From the NCBI GenBank assembly GCA_041662565.1, contig JBAZSE010000001.1:193084-257083 (forward strand): 64,000 nt of DNA, written 5' to 3'. The notes under the pieces are model-generated. The model saw nothing but the letters and a program-made list of their open reading frames with translations, was not told where the DNA came from and searched no databases. Positions 48,148-56,653 of this stretch are shown here, piece after piece. Made by a program: the position numbers and the translations under genes. This stretch comes from Patescibacteria group bacterium (GTDB taxonomy: Bacteria; Patescibacteriota; Patescibacteriia; UBA1558; UBA10009). Positions within the stretch are counted from its first letter, which is position 1. Each line of letters starts with the position of its first letter.

Positions 48148-48537
48148 ATGTCAAAACCAGTATTAAATTATATTATAATTTGTGAATCAGTGATAGTATC
48201 AGAGGATGGAAAATTTTCTATATTAAATATTTTTAGTGAAATTAATGCTAAACAATTTCCCGCAGCCCATCCAAAATTTGTTATTGTTAGTAATACCAAG
48301 GGGGAGCCTGGTAATTATAAACAAAAAATAGAAATCGTTAATTTACAAGATAATTCAGTAGCGGCTAAGGTTGAGTCAAGTTTTGGAATTAAAGAGGGCG
48401 GTATTAATGTTTTTTTTGGCAATTTTGTTAACACCATTTTTAATAATTCTGGCAAATATTGGATAAAAGTTACTTATGATGATAAAGATGTGGTCACTAA
48501 TGAAAATGATAACTTTTTCTTTGTTAAGCAGTTATAG
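48148..48537 (+). CDS. Hypothetical beta-rich small protein
   Basis: 129 aa, no motif. Confidence 0.3.
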   Translation: MSKPVLNYIIICESVIVSEDGKFSILNIFSEINAKQFPAAHPKFVIVSNTKGEPGNYKQKIEIVNLQDNSVAAKVESSFGIKEGGINVFFGNFVNTIFNNSGKYWIKVTYDDKDVVTNENDNFFFVKQL

Positions 48538-48539
48538 TT

Positions 48540-49082
48540 GTGTATATGAAAAATTTTGAGTTTAAAACAAATGATGATACTTCTACTACGACCAAGTCTG
48601 ATACATTAATCAGCGAAAGCGAGATAGGGGGAACTTTAAAATTTTTAAATGATCAAATTGTCAAGTTACAAGATAAGGCTAATGAGACAGCTGAAGATTT
48701 TAATCGTTTGGAAGGGCGTACTAACGTATTTAGTAATTTTATAATGGGATTAACATCTTTAGTAGCCGGAGTATTTTTTATTAGTGGAATATTTATTTTT
48801 TTAGATTATTGGAAATATAACCCGGAAAGGTTTGAAAAATTTATGGATAAAACAGAAGAAATTAAAGATAATTTTTATACAAAACAAGAAATGGATAAAA
48901 ATATCAATAATCATTATTTAACTATTAAAGATCAGTTAAATAAGGCTTTTGGCTTTGAAGTGGATTTAGATAATCAAAGTCAAGAGCTTGGGGAATTACG
49001 CAAGAGCAATGAATATTTATTAAAAGTAATTAATTGCCAAAAGGATAAGAGATATTGGCAATTTGAACAATGTTATAAATAA
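48540..49082 (+). CDS. Hypothetical single-TM protein with flanking coiled coils
   Basis: TM LTSLVAGVFFISGIFIFL; 3-nt gap after the previous gene. Confidence 0.3.
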   Translation: MYMKNFEFKTNDDTSTTTKSDTLISESEIGGTLKFLNDQIVKLQDKANETAEDFNRLEGRTNVFSNFIMGLTSLVAGVFFISGIFIFLDYWKYNPERFEKFMDKTEEIKDNFYTKQEMDKNINNHYLTIKDQLNKAFGFEVDLDNQSQELGELRKSNEYLLKVINCQKDKRYWQFEQCYK

Positions 49083-49227
49083 TAAATATTTTTTATTTTA
49101 TAAAATTTTTCCCTTTCTGTGGGATTTTTTATTTTCTTGATCCCCCTCTAAAATCATGCTATAATTCCTAAACAATTTAAATAAATTTGGCCTAAACTCT
49201 AGCTATTGCTGGGGCATGGTATAAAAT

Positions 49228-49325
49228 CGTTGAACACATCCAACCCGTCATTCAGGGCGTGTTCAACGTTGCGTAGGGAAACTTACGTAAGGCCCGCAAG
49301 GGCCTCCTGGTGGCGGGTTTTGTGT
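49228..49325 (+). other. GC-rich structured element (10-bp IR, GNRA hairpin GGCCC-GCAA-GGGCC, terminator-like CCCGC..GCGGGTTTT) in the leader of ORF 49370
   Basis: cgttgaacac..gtgttcaacg; ggcccgcaagggcc; gcgggtttt read directly. Confidence 0.4.
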
Positions 49326-49369
49326 TTCCGACATTTTAAGTCAGTCATTATTAACTAACTTTTTGTTTT

Positions 49370-49831
49370 ATGCAAACAACAAAAAATAAGGAAGAAATAA
49401 TCAACAAAATTTTAAATATTATTGAAACAGCCAAGCGTGAACAAATAGCTTATGATGTGCCAGATTGCGAGGGAGCGTTATGCTTTGATCTGGATTTTAG
49501 TGATATTACCCAGGCGGAAAAGTATAAAATTGGAGGTATTGCCCTGCATGTTTTTGGCGATTACGTAAAAAAGAGGGTCACTAAAGTGGAACAATCAGCT
49601 ATGTTAAAAATCGGCCAAGATGTGATGCTTGGTTCTTTTTTGGCGGCTAGGTTAGGGCATAAGGAGCTCTCGGACGAAATAACCAGGCGTTTGCTGGAAG
49701 CCCGATTGGGTTTACTAAAAGAAAACAAGGAGTTTAATTTTTATGAGCTTTTAGATCAGCAGTTTACGGAATATTTGGAGTTTTGCCAGCAGTATGACAG
49801 TCAAATTGCTTTGGAAAGAGGGGTTGTTTAA
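49370..49831 (+). CDS. Hypothetical protein
   Basis: 153 aa. Confidence 0.3.
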   Translation: MQTTKNKEEIINKILNIIETAKREQIAYDVPDCEGALCFDLDFSDITQAEKYKIGGIALHVFGDYVKKRVTKVEQSAMLKIGQDVMLGSFLAARLGHKELSDEITRRLLEARLGLLKENKEFNFYELLDQQFTEYLEFCQQYDSQIALERGVV

Positions 49832-49874
49832 GATATCTAAGTTGAGCAAAACTTTTTAAAATGGTAGTATTTAT

Positions 49875-50447
49875 ATGATGATAAAAAATCAAATAAAGCT
49901 ACATCAAAAGAATATTAAATATACTCTTCGAGTTAGCGCACGGGCACGGCAAATGAGGTTGGCGATATACTGTGACGGTAATTTTGTAGTTACGGTTCCG
50001 CAAAATGTGAGTGCTAATATTATAGAACAATTTATTATTACCAAGGCGCAGTGGATACTTAATAAATTGGAATATTTTAAAAGTATTGCTGGGCGGGTAT
50101 TTCCGGGCGGAAATAAAAAAGAGTATTTACAATATAAAGATAAGGCGCAGGTGCTGGCGCAAGAAAGGATAGGGTATTTTAATCAAACCTATAATTTTAA
50201 ATTCCATAAAATCAATATTAAAAATCAAAAGTCCCGCTGGGGCAGTTGTTCTAAAAAAGGCAATTTAAATTTTAATTATAAAATAGCTTTGCTTTCAGCG
50301 CGTTTGGCTGATTATATTATTGTCCACGAATTGTGTCATTTAGGGGAATTTAATCATTCCCGCAAGTTTTGGAATTTGGTGGCCTGCGTGATACCTGATT
50401 ATTTGGCCAGAAGAAATGAATTAAAGAAAAATAGAATTAAAAAATAA
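49875..50447 (+). CDS. YgjP-like (DUF45/M48-like, WLM-type) metal-dependent hydrolase
   Basis: C-terminal VHELCHLGEFNHSRKFW HExxH..H motif. Confidence 0.65.
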   Translation: MMIKNQIKLHQKNIKYTLRVSARARQMRLAIYCDGNFVVTVPQNVSANIIEQFIITKAQWILNKLEYFKSIAGRVFPGGNKKEYLQYKDKAQVLAQERIGYFNQTYNFKFHKINIKNQKSRWGSCSKKGNLNFNYKIALLSARLADYIIVHELCHLGEFNHSRKFWNLVACVIPDYLARRNELKKNRIKK

Positions 50448-50450
50448 AAT

Positions 50451-51674
50451 ATGAAAATAAATAATTATCTCAAATTAGTTATCACCGTTTTAGTTTCTTT
50501 ATCAGCCGGTTATCTTGGTTCATTTTTTACTACCCCGGCTATTCCCACTTGGTATGCCAATCTTGTTAAACCGGCTTTAAATCCGCCCTCATGGGTGTTT
50601 GCGCCCGTGTGGACCATTTTGTTTATTTTAATGGGTATTGCCGCGTATTTAGTGTGGCAAAAAGGTTTTAAACGGCAAGAAGTTAAATACGCTTTGGTTA
50701 TTTTTGCGGGCCAACTGATTTTAAATATTGTTTGGTCGGGTATTTTTTTTGGCTGGCAAAACCCGGGTGTTGCCTTTTTGGAATTAATTGTTTTATGGCT
50801 GGCGATTTTATCAACCATCAAGGTTTTTGCCAAAGTTTCTAAAACCGCGGCTTGGCTGTTAGTGCCATATATTTTATGGGTCAGTTTTGCCGGCTATTTA
50901 AATTTTTCCATCTGGCAGCTTAATAATTCGCCTGCGGTGGTAAAAAACAATTCTATTTTTGATCCCCAAAATTGTGCTTATGTTATAGAAGATCAGCCCG
51001 TTGTTTTAACTAATGGCTTAAGCGTGCAGGATGTTGTTGATGCCAACGCCAAAATTACCACCAAATATTTTGGCAATCAAGTTAATGCCGATTTTAATGC
51101 TGATGGTTTGGTTGATGTTGCTTTTTTGGCAACGCAAACTTCGGGCGGAAGTGGAACATTTTATTATACGCTGGTGGCTTTAAATACTTCTACTGGTTGC
51201 CAGGGTTTGGCAGCAGATTTTATCGGGGATAGAATTGCTCCGCAAACTACCGAATTTAAAGATGAGATGATTATCGTAAATTACGCCGATCGTAAAGCTA
51301 CTGAAAGTTTTGATGTGGCGCCATCAATTGGTTTAAGTAAATACTACAAAATTATTGATGGGCAGTTAAGAGCGGTTGTGCCGCCAATGTTGGATTACCG
51401 TAACGATCCAACCGTATTGGCTATTCAAAAAATGCTGATTGCCAAATATCCCAAGTATGCCAAAACCTTAGCCGTTAACCTTAGGCAGCAAACCGATATT
51501 TACGCTGTGGGTGCCATTAGTTTTGAGCCCGGTGAAGCCGGTGGCCAGTATTTAGCCGTAAAAGAAGGGGATAGCTGGCAATTGGTTTACGAAGGCAATG
51601 GCAGTGTTGATTGCGTTGCCATTAAGCAAAATTATCAATTTCCAACCGAAATGCTAGCCGGCTTTTGTGATTAA
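50451..51674 (+). CDS. TspO/MBR (tryptophan-rich sensory protein) domain fused to a roughly 250-aa C-terminal beta-rich domain
   Basis: Five TM helices with Trp-rich loops (PSWVFAPVWTILFILMG); long soluble C-terminus. Confidence 0.6.
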   Translation: MKINNYLKLVITVLVSLSAGYLGSFFTTPAIPTWYANLVKPALNPPSWVFAPVWTILFILMGIAAYLVWQKGFKRQEVKYALVIFAGQLILNIVWSGIFFGWQNPGVAFLELIVLWLAILSTIKVFAKVSKTAAWLLVPYILWVSFAGYLNFSIWQLNNSPAVVKNNSIFDPQNCAYVIEDQPVVLTNGLSVQDVVDANAKITTKYFGNQVNADFNADGLVDVAFLATQTSGGSGTFYYTLVALNTSTGCQGLAADFIGDRIAPQTTEFKDEMIIVNYADRKATESFDVAPSIGLSKYYKIIDGQLRAVVPPMLDYRNDPTVLAIQKMLIAKYPKYAKTLAVNLRQQTDIYAVGAISFEPGEAGGQYLAVKEGDSWQLVYEGNGSVDCVAIKQNYQFPTEMLAGFCD

Positions 51675-51730
51675 AAATAATGTATCAAATTTGACAAAGG
51701 TAGTTATTTTTCTTAAGATATTAATATAAT

Positions 51731-51776
51731 AAACAGGGTCAAGTAGCTATTATTAATGGCTTTGGCCTTTTTTATT
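51731..51776 (+). repeat. AAACAGGGTCAA element copy D (right copy of the 45-bp direct repeat), preceded by TTGACA-N17-TAAGAT
   Basis: aaacagggtcaagtagctattattaatggctttggccttttttattt; about 95% identical to copy C. Confidence 0.7.
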
Positions 51777-51779
51777 TCC

Positions 51780-52172
51780 ATGGATAAAGAATTTCAAAAA
51801 TGGCATTCTAAAAAAGAAAAATTACATAATGAAGCGTTAAGGTTGTTTTTTCATGAAAGAGAAGTTTGGTGGTGTTCTTTGGGGGTGAATATAGGTTTTG
51901 AACAAGATGGTAAGGGGGTTATTTTTTCTAGACCTATCCTGGTCCTAAAAAAATTTAACAACGAGGTATTTTGGGCATTATCCTTAACTACTAAGATAAA
52001 ACAGGGCAAGTTTTATGCCCCAGTTATTCTAAATGATAATGTACCCAGGTGTGTGATTGTTTCTCAGCTTCGTTTGATTGATGCTAAGCGGCTCATTGAT
52101 AAAATCGGCACAATCGGCAAAGAAAATTATAATCAAATTAAAAAAACAACCATAAATCTTTTTGATTCATAG
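51780..52172 (+). CDS. MazF/PemK-like toxin-fold protein
   Basis: G.EQDGKGVIFSRPILVL...ALSLTTK resembles the PemK GxEQxGxRPxLVxS..PxTS pattern; start taken after the repeat. Confidence 0.5.
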   Translation: MDKEFQKWHSKKEKLHNEALRLFFHEREVWWCSLGVNIGFEQDGKGVIFSRPILVLKKFNNEVFWALSLTTKIKQGKFYAPVILNDNVPRCVIVSQLRLIDAKRLIDKIGTIGKENYNQIKKTTINLFDS

Positions 52173-52316
52173 TCGTTCATTTCTGGGTAGCTTTTTTAGA
52201 GCCAACCCGAGGCCGAAGCCATTTATAAATATACTTTAACATATCAATAAAGCTTGTCAAGACGGTTATTTGACAAAACCCTTTATTTTCAATAAGATAA
52301 GCCGACAAAACACTAT

Positions 52317-52574
52317 ATGGAACGTCTTAAAGAAATTATTGAATTAATAGAAATAACCGGCGATAAATGCATTATTTTACAGCCGGATAAAGGGGCTTAT
52401 GTTGTCATGAAAATGTCGGATTATAGAGTTTTGGTGGAAAATGGCTTAAAAATAAGGCCAACTCCACAAATCAGCTCTTTTGCCAGGCCCGAAACAGATA
52501 TAAAACTGTACGAAATTCCCCAAATTGGCCAAAAAAACGCTGAAGCAGATATTTATTATCCCGAACCTGCTTAA
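52317..52574 (+). CDS. Phd/YefM-like antitoxin-fold protein
   Basis: ITGDKCIILQPDKGAYVVMKMSDYRVL pattern; preceded by the TTGTCAA-N10-TTGACAA operator-like IR. Confidence 0.5.
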   Translation: MERLKEIIELIEITGDKCIILQPDKGAYVVMKMSDYRVLVENGLKIRPTPQISSFARPETDIKLYEIPQIGQKNAEADIYYPEPA

Positions 52575-52765
52575 GCACACAAAAGGGCCTGCCCCGACTT
52601 CGCTTTAGCGAACTTCGTGGCTAATGTTAGTAAAGTGGGGATAGAGCAATTTTATTTAAGATATAAAATGGCTTGTCTTAAATCTTACAAAGTTCAATTT
52701 TATGGCTAATATTAGCCATAAATTAGTTTAAAAAGCAAAATTAAATCAATAGTGGTCAGGGGTAC

Positions 52766-52794
52766 TTGCATTTTTTTTTACAACTTGCTATAAT
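52766..52794 (+). promoter_or_regulatory. tuf promoter TTGCAT-N17-TGcTATAAT (extended -10)
   Basis: Read directly; 90-nt leader ending in aaggag SD. Confidence 0.6.
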
Positions 52795-52884
52795 CAACCC
52801 TGACTTTTAAATAATTAATTTAGACGGCTGGGTAAAACTGCTCTACTATCAGGGCAGGCCGTTATCAAAAAAGGAGTATTTCAT

Positions 52885-54072
52885 ATGGCTGAAGCATTTG
52901 ATCGCTCAAAGCCCCACGTCAATATCGGAACCATTGGTCACGTTGACCACGGCAAAACCACCTTAACCGCCTGTATTTTAAATTACATCGCGGCTACCGG
53001 CGGTAAAGCCCAAAAGAAAAACGTTGATCAGATTGATAACGCTCCGGAAGAAAAAGAGCGCGGTATTACTATTGCCACTGCTCACGTGGAATATGAAACA
53101 GCCAAAAGGCATTATGCCCACGTTGACTGTCCAGGACACGCCGACTACGTTAAAAACATGATTACCGGCGCAGCTCAGATGGACGGCGCAATTTTAGTCG
53201 TTAGCGCTGCTGACGGCCCTATGCCTCAAACCCGCGAGCACATTTTGTTGGCTCGTCAGGTTGGTGTACCTTATATTGTAGTTTTCTTAAACAAAGTAGA
53301 TCAAGTTACCGATCCTGAATTAATTGATTTGGTTGAAGAAGAAGTTAGGGATTTATTGAAGAAATATGAATTCCCTGGCGATGAAACCCCAATTATCAGA
53401 GGTTCGGCTTTAAAGGCCTTGGAAGATCCAAAAGGTGAATACGGCGCCGCTATTCAAAAACTGTTGGATGCCGTTGATAGCTACATTCCGGAACCTGTTA
53501 GAGATATTGCCAAACCTTTCTTAATGCCTGTTGAAGATATCTTTTCCATTGAAGGCCGCGGCACCGTTGTTACCGGTAGAATCGAAAGAGGCGTGGTTAA
53601 AATCAATGAAGAATTGGAAATTATCGGTTTGGGTGATACTAAAAAAACCGTTATTACCGGTATTGAAATGTTTAACAAGTCCTTGGACGAAGGCCGAGCT
53701 GGCGATAATGCCGGATTGCTTTTAAGAGGCACTAAAAAAGAAGAAATTCAAAGAGGTCAGGTTTTGGCTAAACCGGGTAGTGTTACCCCTCATGCCGAAT
53801 TTGAATCCGAAGTTTATATCTTAAGCAAGGATGAAGGCGGTAGACACACTCCTTTCTTTAAGGGCTATAAACCTCAATTCTACATTAGAACCACCGATGT
53901 TACCGGAGAAGTGGAATTGCCGGAAGGCGTGGAAATGGTTATGCCTGGGGATACCATTACCTTCAAAATTAAGTTAATTCAACCGGTTGCTTTGGAAGAA
54001 AAGCAGAGATTTGCCATTCGAGAAGGCGGTCATACTGTTGGCGCCGGCGTTGTAACCAAGTTTATTAAATAA
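52885..54072 (+). CDS. tuf: Elongation factor Tu
   Basis: [22 protein letters not shown]; 395 aa. Confidence 0.95.
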   Translation: MAEAFDRSKPHVNIGTIGHVDHGKTTLTACILNYIAATGGKAQKKNVDQIDNAPEEKERGITIATAHVEYETAKRHYAHVDCPGHADYVKNMITGAAQMDGAILVVSAADGPMPQTREHILLARQVGVPYIVVFLNKVDQVTDPELIDLVEEEVRDLLKKYEFPGDETPIIRGSALKALEDPKGEYGAAIQKLLDAVDSYIPEPVRDIAKPFLMPVEDIFSIEGRGTVVTGRIERGVVKINEELEIIGLGDTKKTVITGIEMFNKSLDEGRAGDNAGLLLRGTKKEEIQRGQVLAKPGSVTPHAEFESEVYILSKDEGGRHTPFFKGYKPQFYIRTTDVTGEVELPEGVEMVMPGDTITFKIKLIQPVALEEKQRFAIREGGHTVGAGVVTKFIK

Positions 54073-54142
54073 TTTTCAAATTCCCTCCCTCGCTTTTTTA
54101 AGCGGGGGAGGGTTTATAAAACATTAAACAGTTCTTTCAACA

Positions 54143-54517
54143 ATGACTACCACTAAAACAGCAGCTAAAACAGAAACAGGAGTAATCGCCGCTAAAACCG
54201 AAAGCCAGCCGATTCCCAAGGTCAGAATAAAGATCAGGGCTTATGATCATAAAATTATTGATCAATCAGCCAAGACCATTATTGAAACCGCCAAAAGGAC
54301 CGGCGCTGAAGTGTTGGGCCCGATTCCTTTACCGACCGAAAAGAGCAAGTACACTGTTTTAAAATCAACTTTTGTCCACAAAGATGCCCGTGACCAGTAT
54401 GAATTGCGCATCCACAAAAGATTGATCGATATTGTTAATTTAACGCCTAAAACCATTGATTCATTGATGAACTTAAGCTTACCGGCAGGCGTTGATGTGG
54501 AAATTAAGATGAGTTAA
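54143..54517 (+). CDS. rpsJ: 30S ribosomal protein S10
   Basis: [15 protein letters not shown]...PIPLPT. Confidence 0.9.
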   Translation: MTTTKTAAKTETGVIAAKTESQPIPKVRIKIRAYDHKIIDQSAKTIIETAKRTGAEVLGPIPLPTEKSKYTVLKSTFVHKDARDQYELRIHKRLIDIVNLTPKTIDSLMNLSLPAGVDVEIKMS

Positions 54518-54758
54518 ATTATTTCCCTAAGTTTGATTCAAGTAACCCCTATTTAAGGGAAGTGCTTAAAAAGAATTTCTGGGGAAGTGAAAGTTTGAAA
54601 ATCAGAGAAATTTACAATTGGCTTGTGCAACATCTAGCAAATTGATGTTAACAAAGGCCGCGATGTTACCTGGAATCACTCGGGTTTGCTACAAAGCAAC
54701 TTTCGAAGAAATGGGGTAGTATCACGGTTTTTGGTTTAAACACAGATGTATATCGTTT

Positions 54759-55535
54759 ATGAGATTTATCTTAGGAAAAAAAGTAGAAATGACCCAGATT
54801 TTTAAAGCAGACGGCAATGTTGTGCCTGTGACTGTTGTTCAGGCCGGCCCTTGCCAGATTACCCAGGTTAAAAATTTGGACACAGACGGTTACGTTGCCG
54901 CCCAAATTGGTTATGGCGAAAAAAACAAATTGTTAAAACCGCTTTTGGGGCATTTAAAAAACTTTCCTAAATACAGATATTTGCGCGAATTTCGTTTAGA
55001 GGATGGTCAAGAAGTTAAACAGGGCCAAACAATTACCGTTTTAGCATTTACCGAAGGTGAAAAAGTTAAATTAACCGGCATTTCCAAAGGTAAGGGTTTT
55101 CAGGGTGTTGTTAGAAGGCACGGTTTTAAAGGTAGCCCCGCTTCGCATGGTCATAAAGACCAATTAAGAATGCCTGGTTCCATCGGTTCCACCGGACCGG
55201 CCCACATTTACAAAGGCACCCGCATGGGCGGCCGCATGGGCAACGATTCTACTACTTACAATTTGGAAATAGTTAAAATTGATGAGGAAAAAAATTTATT
55301 ATACATTAAAGGCGCTTTGCCCGGAGCCCGTAACGGTTTGATTTTAATCCAGGCCAAGGGCGATTTAAAAGAAATTATTAAACAAGAAGCCAAAGTTGAA
55401 GAACCGATTGTTGAACAGGTTGCTCCTGTTGTAGAGGCACCGGTTATTGAAGAAGCAAAGATTTCTGCCGAAGGCGAAGTTGTTTCCAACACAGAAGAAA
55501 CTGCAGCAGTTTCGGAAACAGAAGTTAAAAGTTAA
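54759..55535 (+). CDS. rplC: 50S ribosomal protein L3 with an acidic C-terminal extension
   Basis: MRFILGKKVEMTQIF..; C-terminal EAPVIEEAK tail. Confidence 0.9.
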   Translation: MRFILGKKVEMTQIFKADGNVVPVTVVQAGPCQITQVKNLDTDGYVAAQIGYGEKNKLLKPLLGHLKNFPKYRYLREFRLEDGQEVKQGQTITVLAFTEGEKVKLTGISKGKGFQGVVRRHGFKGSPASHGHKDQLRMPGSIGSTGPAHIYKGTRMGGRMGNDSTTYNLEIVKIDEEKNLLYIKGALPGARNGLILIQAKGDLKEIIKQEAKVEEPIVEQVAPVVEAPVIEEAKISAEGEVVSNTEETAAVSETEVKS

Positions 55536-55538
55536 TTT

Positions 55539-56168
55539 ATGAAAGCAAAAGTTTACAATTTAGCAGGAGAAGTTTTAAGGGAACAGGAACTGGATGCCAA
55601 GTTTTTTGGCATTAAAGTCAAAGCCGAAGTTATCCAGCAATCCGTTACCGCTCAAGCTGCCAATGCCCGCGAAGTTTTGGCTCACGCCAAAGGCCGGGCC
55701 GAGGTAAGAGGCGGTGGTAAAAAACCTTGGAAACAAAAAGGTACCGGCCGAGCCAGACACGGTTCTACCCGTTCTCCTATTTGGGTTGGTGGCGGTGTAA
55801 CTTTTGGCCCAACCAAAGAACGTAATTTTTCCGTTTCGATCAATAAAAAAGCCAAAAAAAGAGCTTTGCAAATGGTTTTGGCCGATAAAGCCAATCATGA
55901 ACATTTGATTTTAATCGATGAATTAACGGTTGACGCCCCTAAAACCAAAAAGATGGCGCAAATTTTAAAGAAATTGCCGTTAAACAACAAATCCACTTTG
56001 ATTGTTTTGGACAAAAAAAATGATGCGGTTGTTAGAAGCTCCAGAAATATTGCTAAAGTTATTACCGCTTCAGCCGATAGTATAAATATTATAGATTTAT
56101 TAAAGTGCGAGTATTTATTGATGCCTGTTAAGGCCTTGCCCAAAGTTGTTAAGCACTATTCGTTTTAA
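55539..56168 (+). CDS. rplD: 50S ribosomal protein L4
   Basis: RGGGKKPWKQKGTGRARHGS. Confidence 0.9.
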   Translation: MKAKVYNLAGEVLREQELDAKFFGIKVKAEVIQQSVTAQAANAREVLAHAKGRAEVRGGGKKPWKQKGTGRARHGSTRSPIWVGGGVTFGPTKERNFSVSINKKAKKRALQMVLADKANHEHLILIDELTVDAPKTKKMAQILKKLPLNNKSTLIVLDKKNDAVVRSSRNIAKVITASADSINIIDLLKCEYLLMPVKALPKVVKHYSF

Positions 56169-56173
56169 AAAAT

Positions 56174-56647
56174 ATGGGATTATTTGATAAATTAAAAACC
56201 AAATCAGCTGCTTCCAGCCACAATGTTTCTCCCCGCAGCACCAAACAGCCGGTTAAGGCCGATTTAACCTTGGCCGAATTAAAGCAGGAAAAAGGTTTAG
56301 AGAGCGCCCCAACTTTAGCACAAGCGCAAAAAGCAACCAATAAGATTTCTAAAGATGATACCAAGGGCGCTTATAAAATTTTAATCAAACCGCTAGTAAC
56401 CGAAAAAGGCAGTTACTTTGCCGCCAGCGGAAAATATTTATTCGAAGTTTATCCCGGAGCCAATAAAGGGCAGATTAAAAAAGCCATCGAAGCGGTTTAC
56501 GGAGTTAAGCCGGTTAAAGTCAATATCGTGCGGTTGCCCGGTAAAAGCGTTCGGTACGGAAAAGTTACCGGTACTACTAAAGATCAAAAAAAAGCAATTG
56601 TAACTTTAAGAAAAGGTGAAACCATTGAGGTTTACGAAGGCGTTTAA
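56174..56647 (+). CDS. rplW: 50S ribosomal protein L23 with a roughly 55-aa N-terminal extension
   Basis: ILIKPLVTEK..FEVYPGANKGQIKKAIEAVYGVKPVKVN. Confidence 0.85.
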   Translation: MGLFDKLKTKSAASSHNVSPRSTKQPVKADLTLAELKQEKGLESAPTLAQAQKATNKISKDDTKGAYKILIKPLVTEKGSYFAASGKYLFEVYPGANKGQIKKAIEAVYGVKPVKVNIVRLPGKSVRYGKVTGTTKDQKKAIVTLRKGETIEVYEGV

Positions 56648-56653
56648 AATAAT

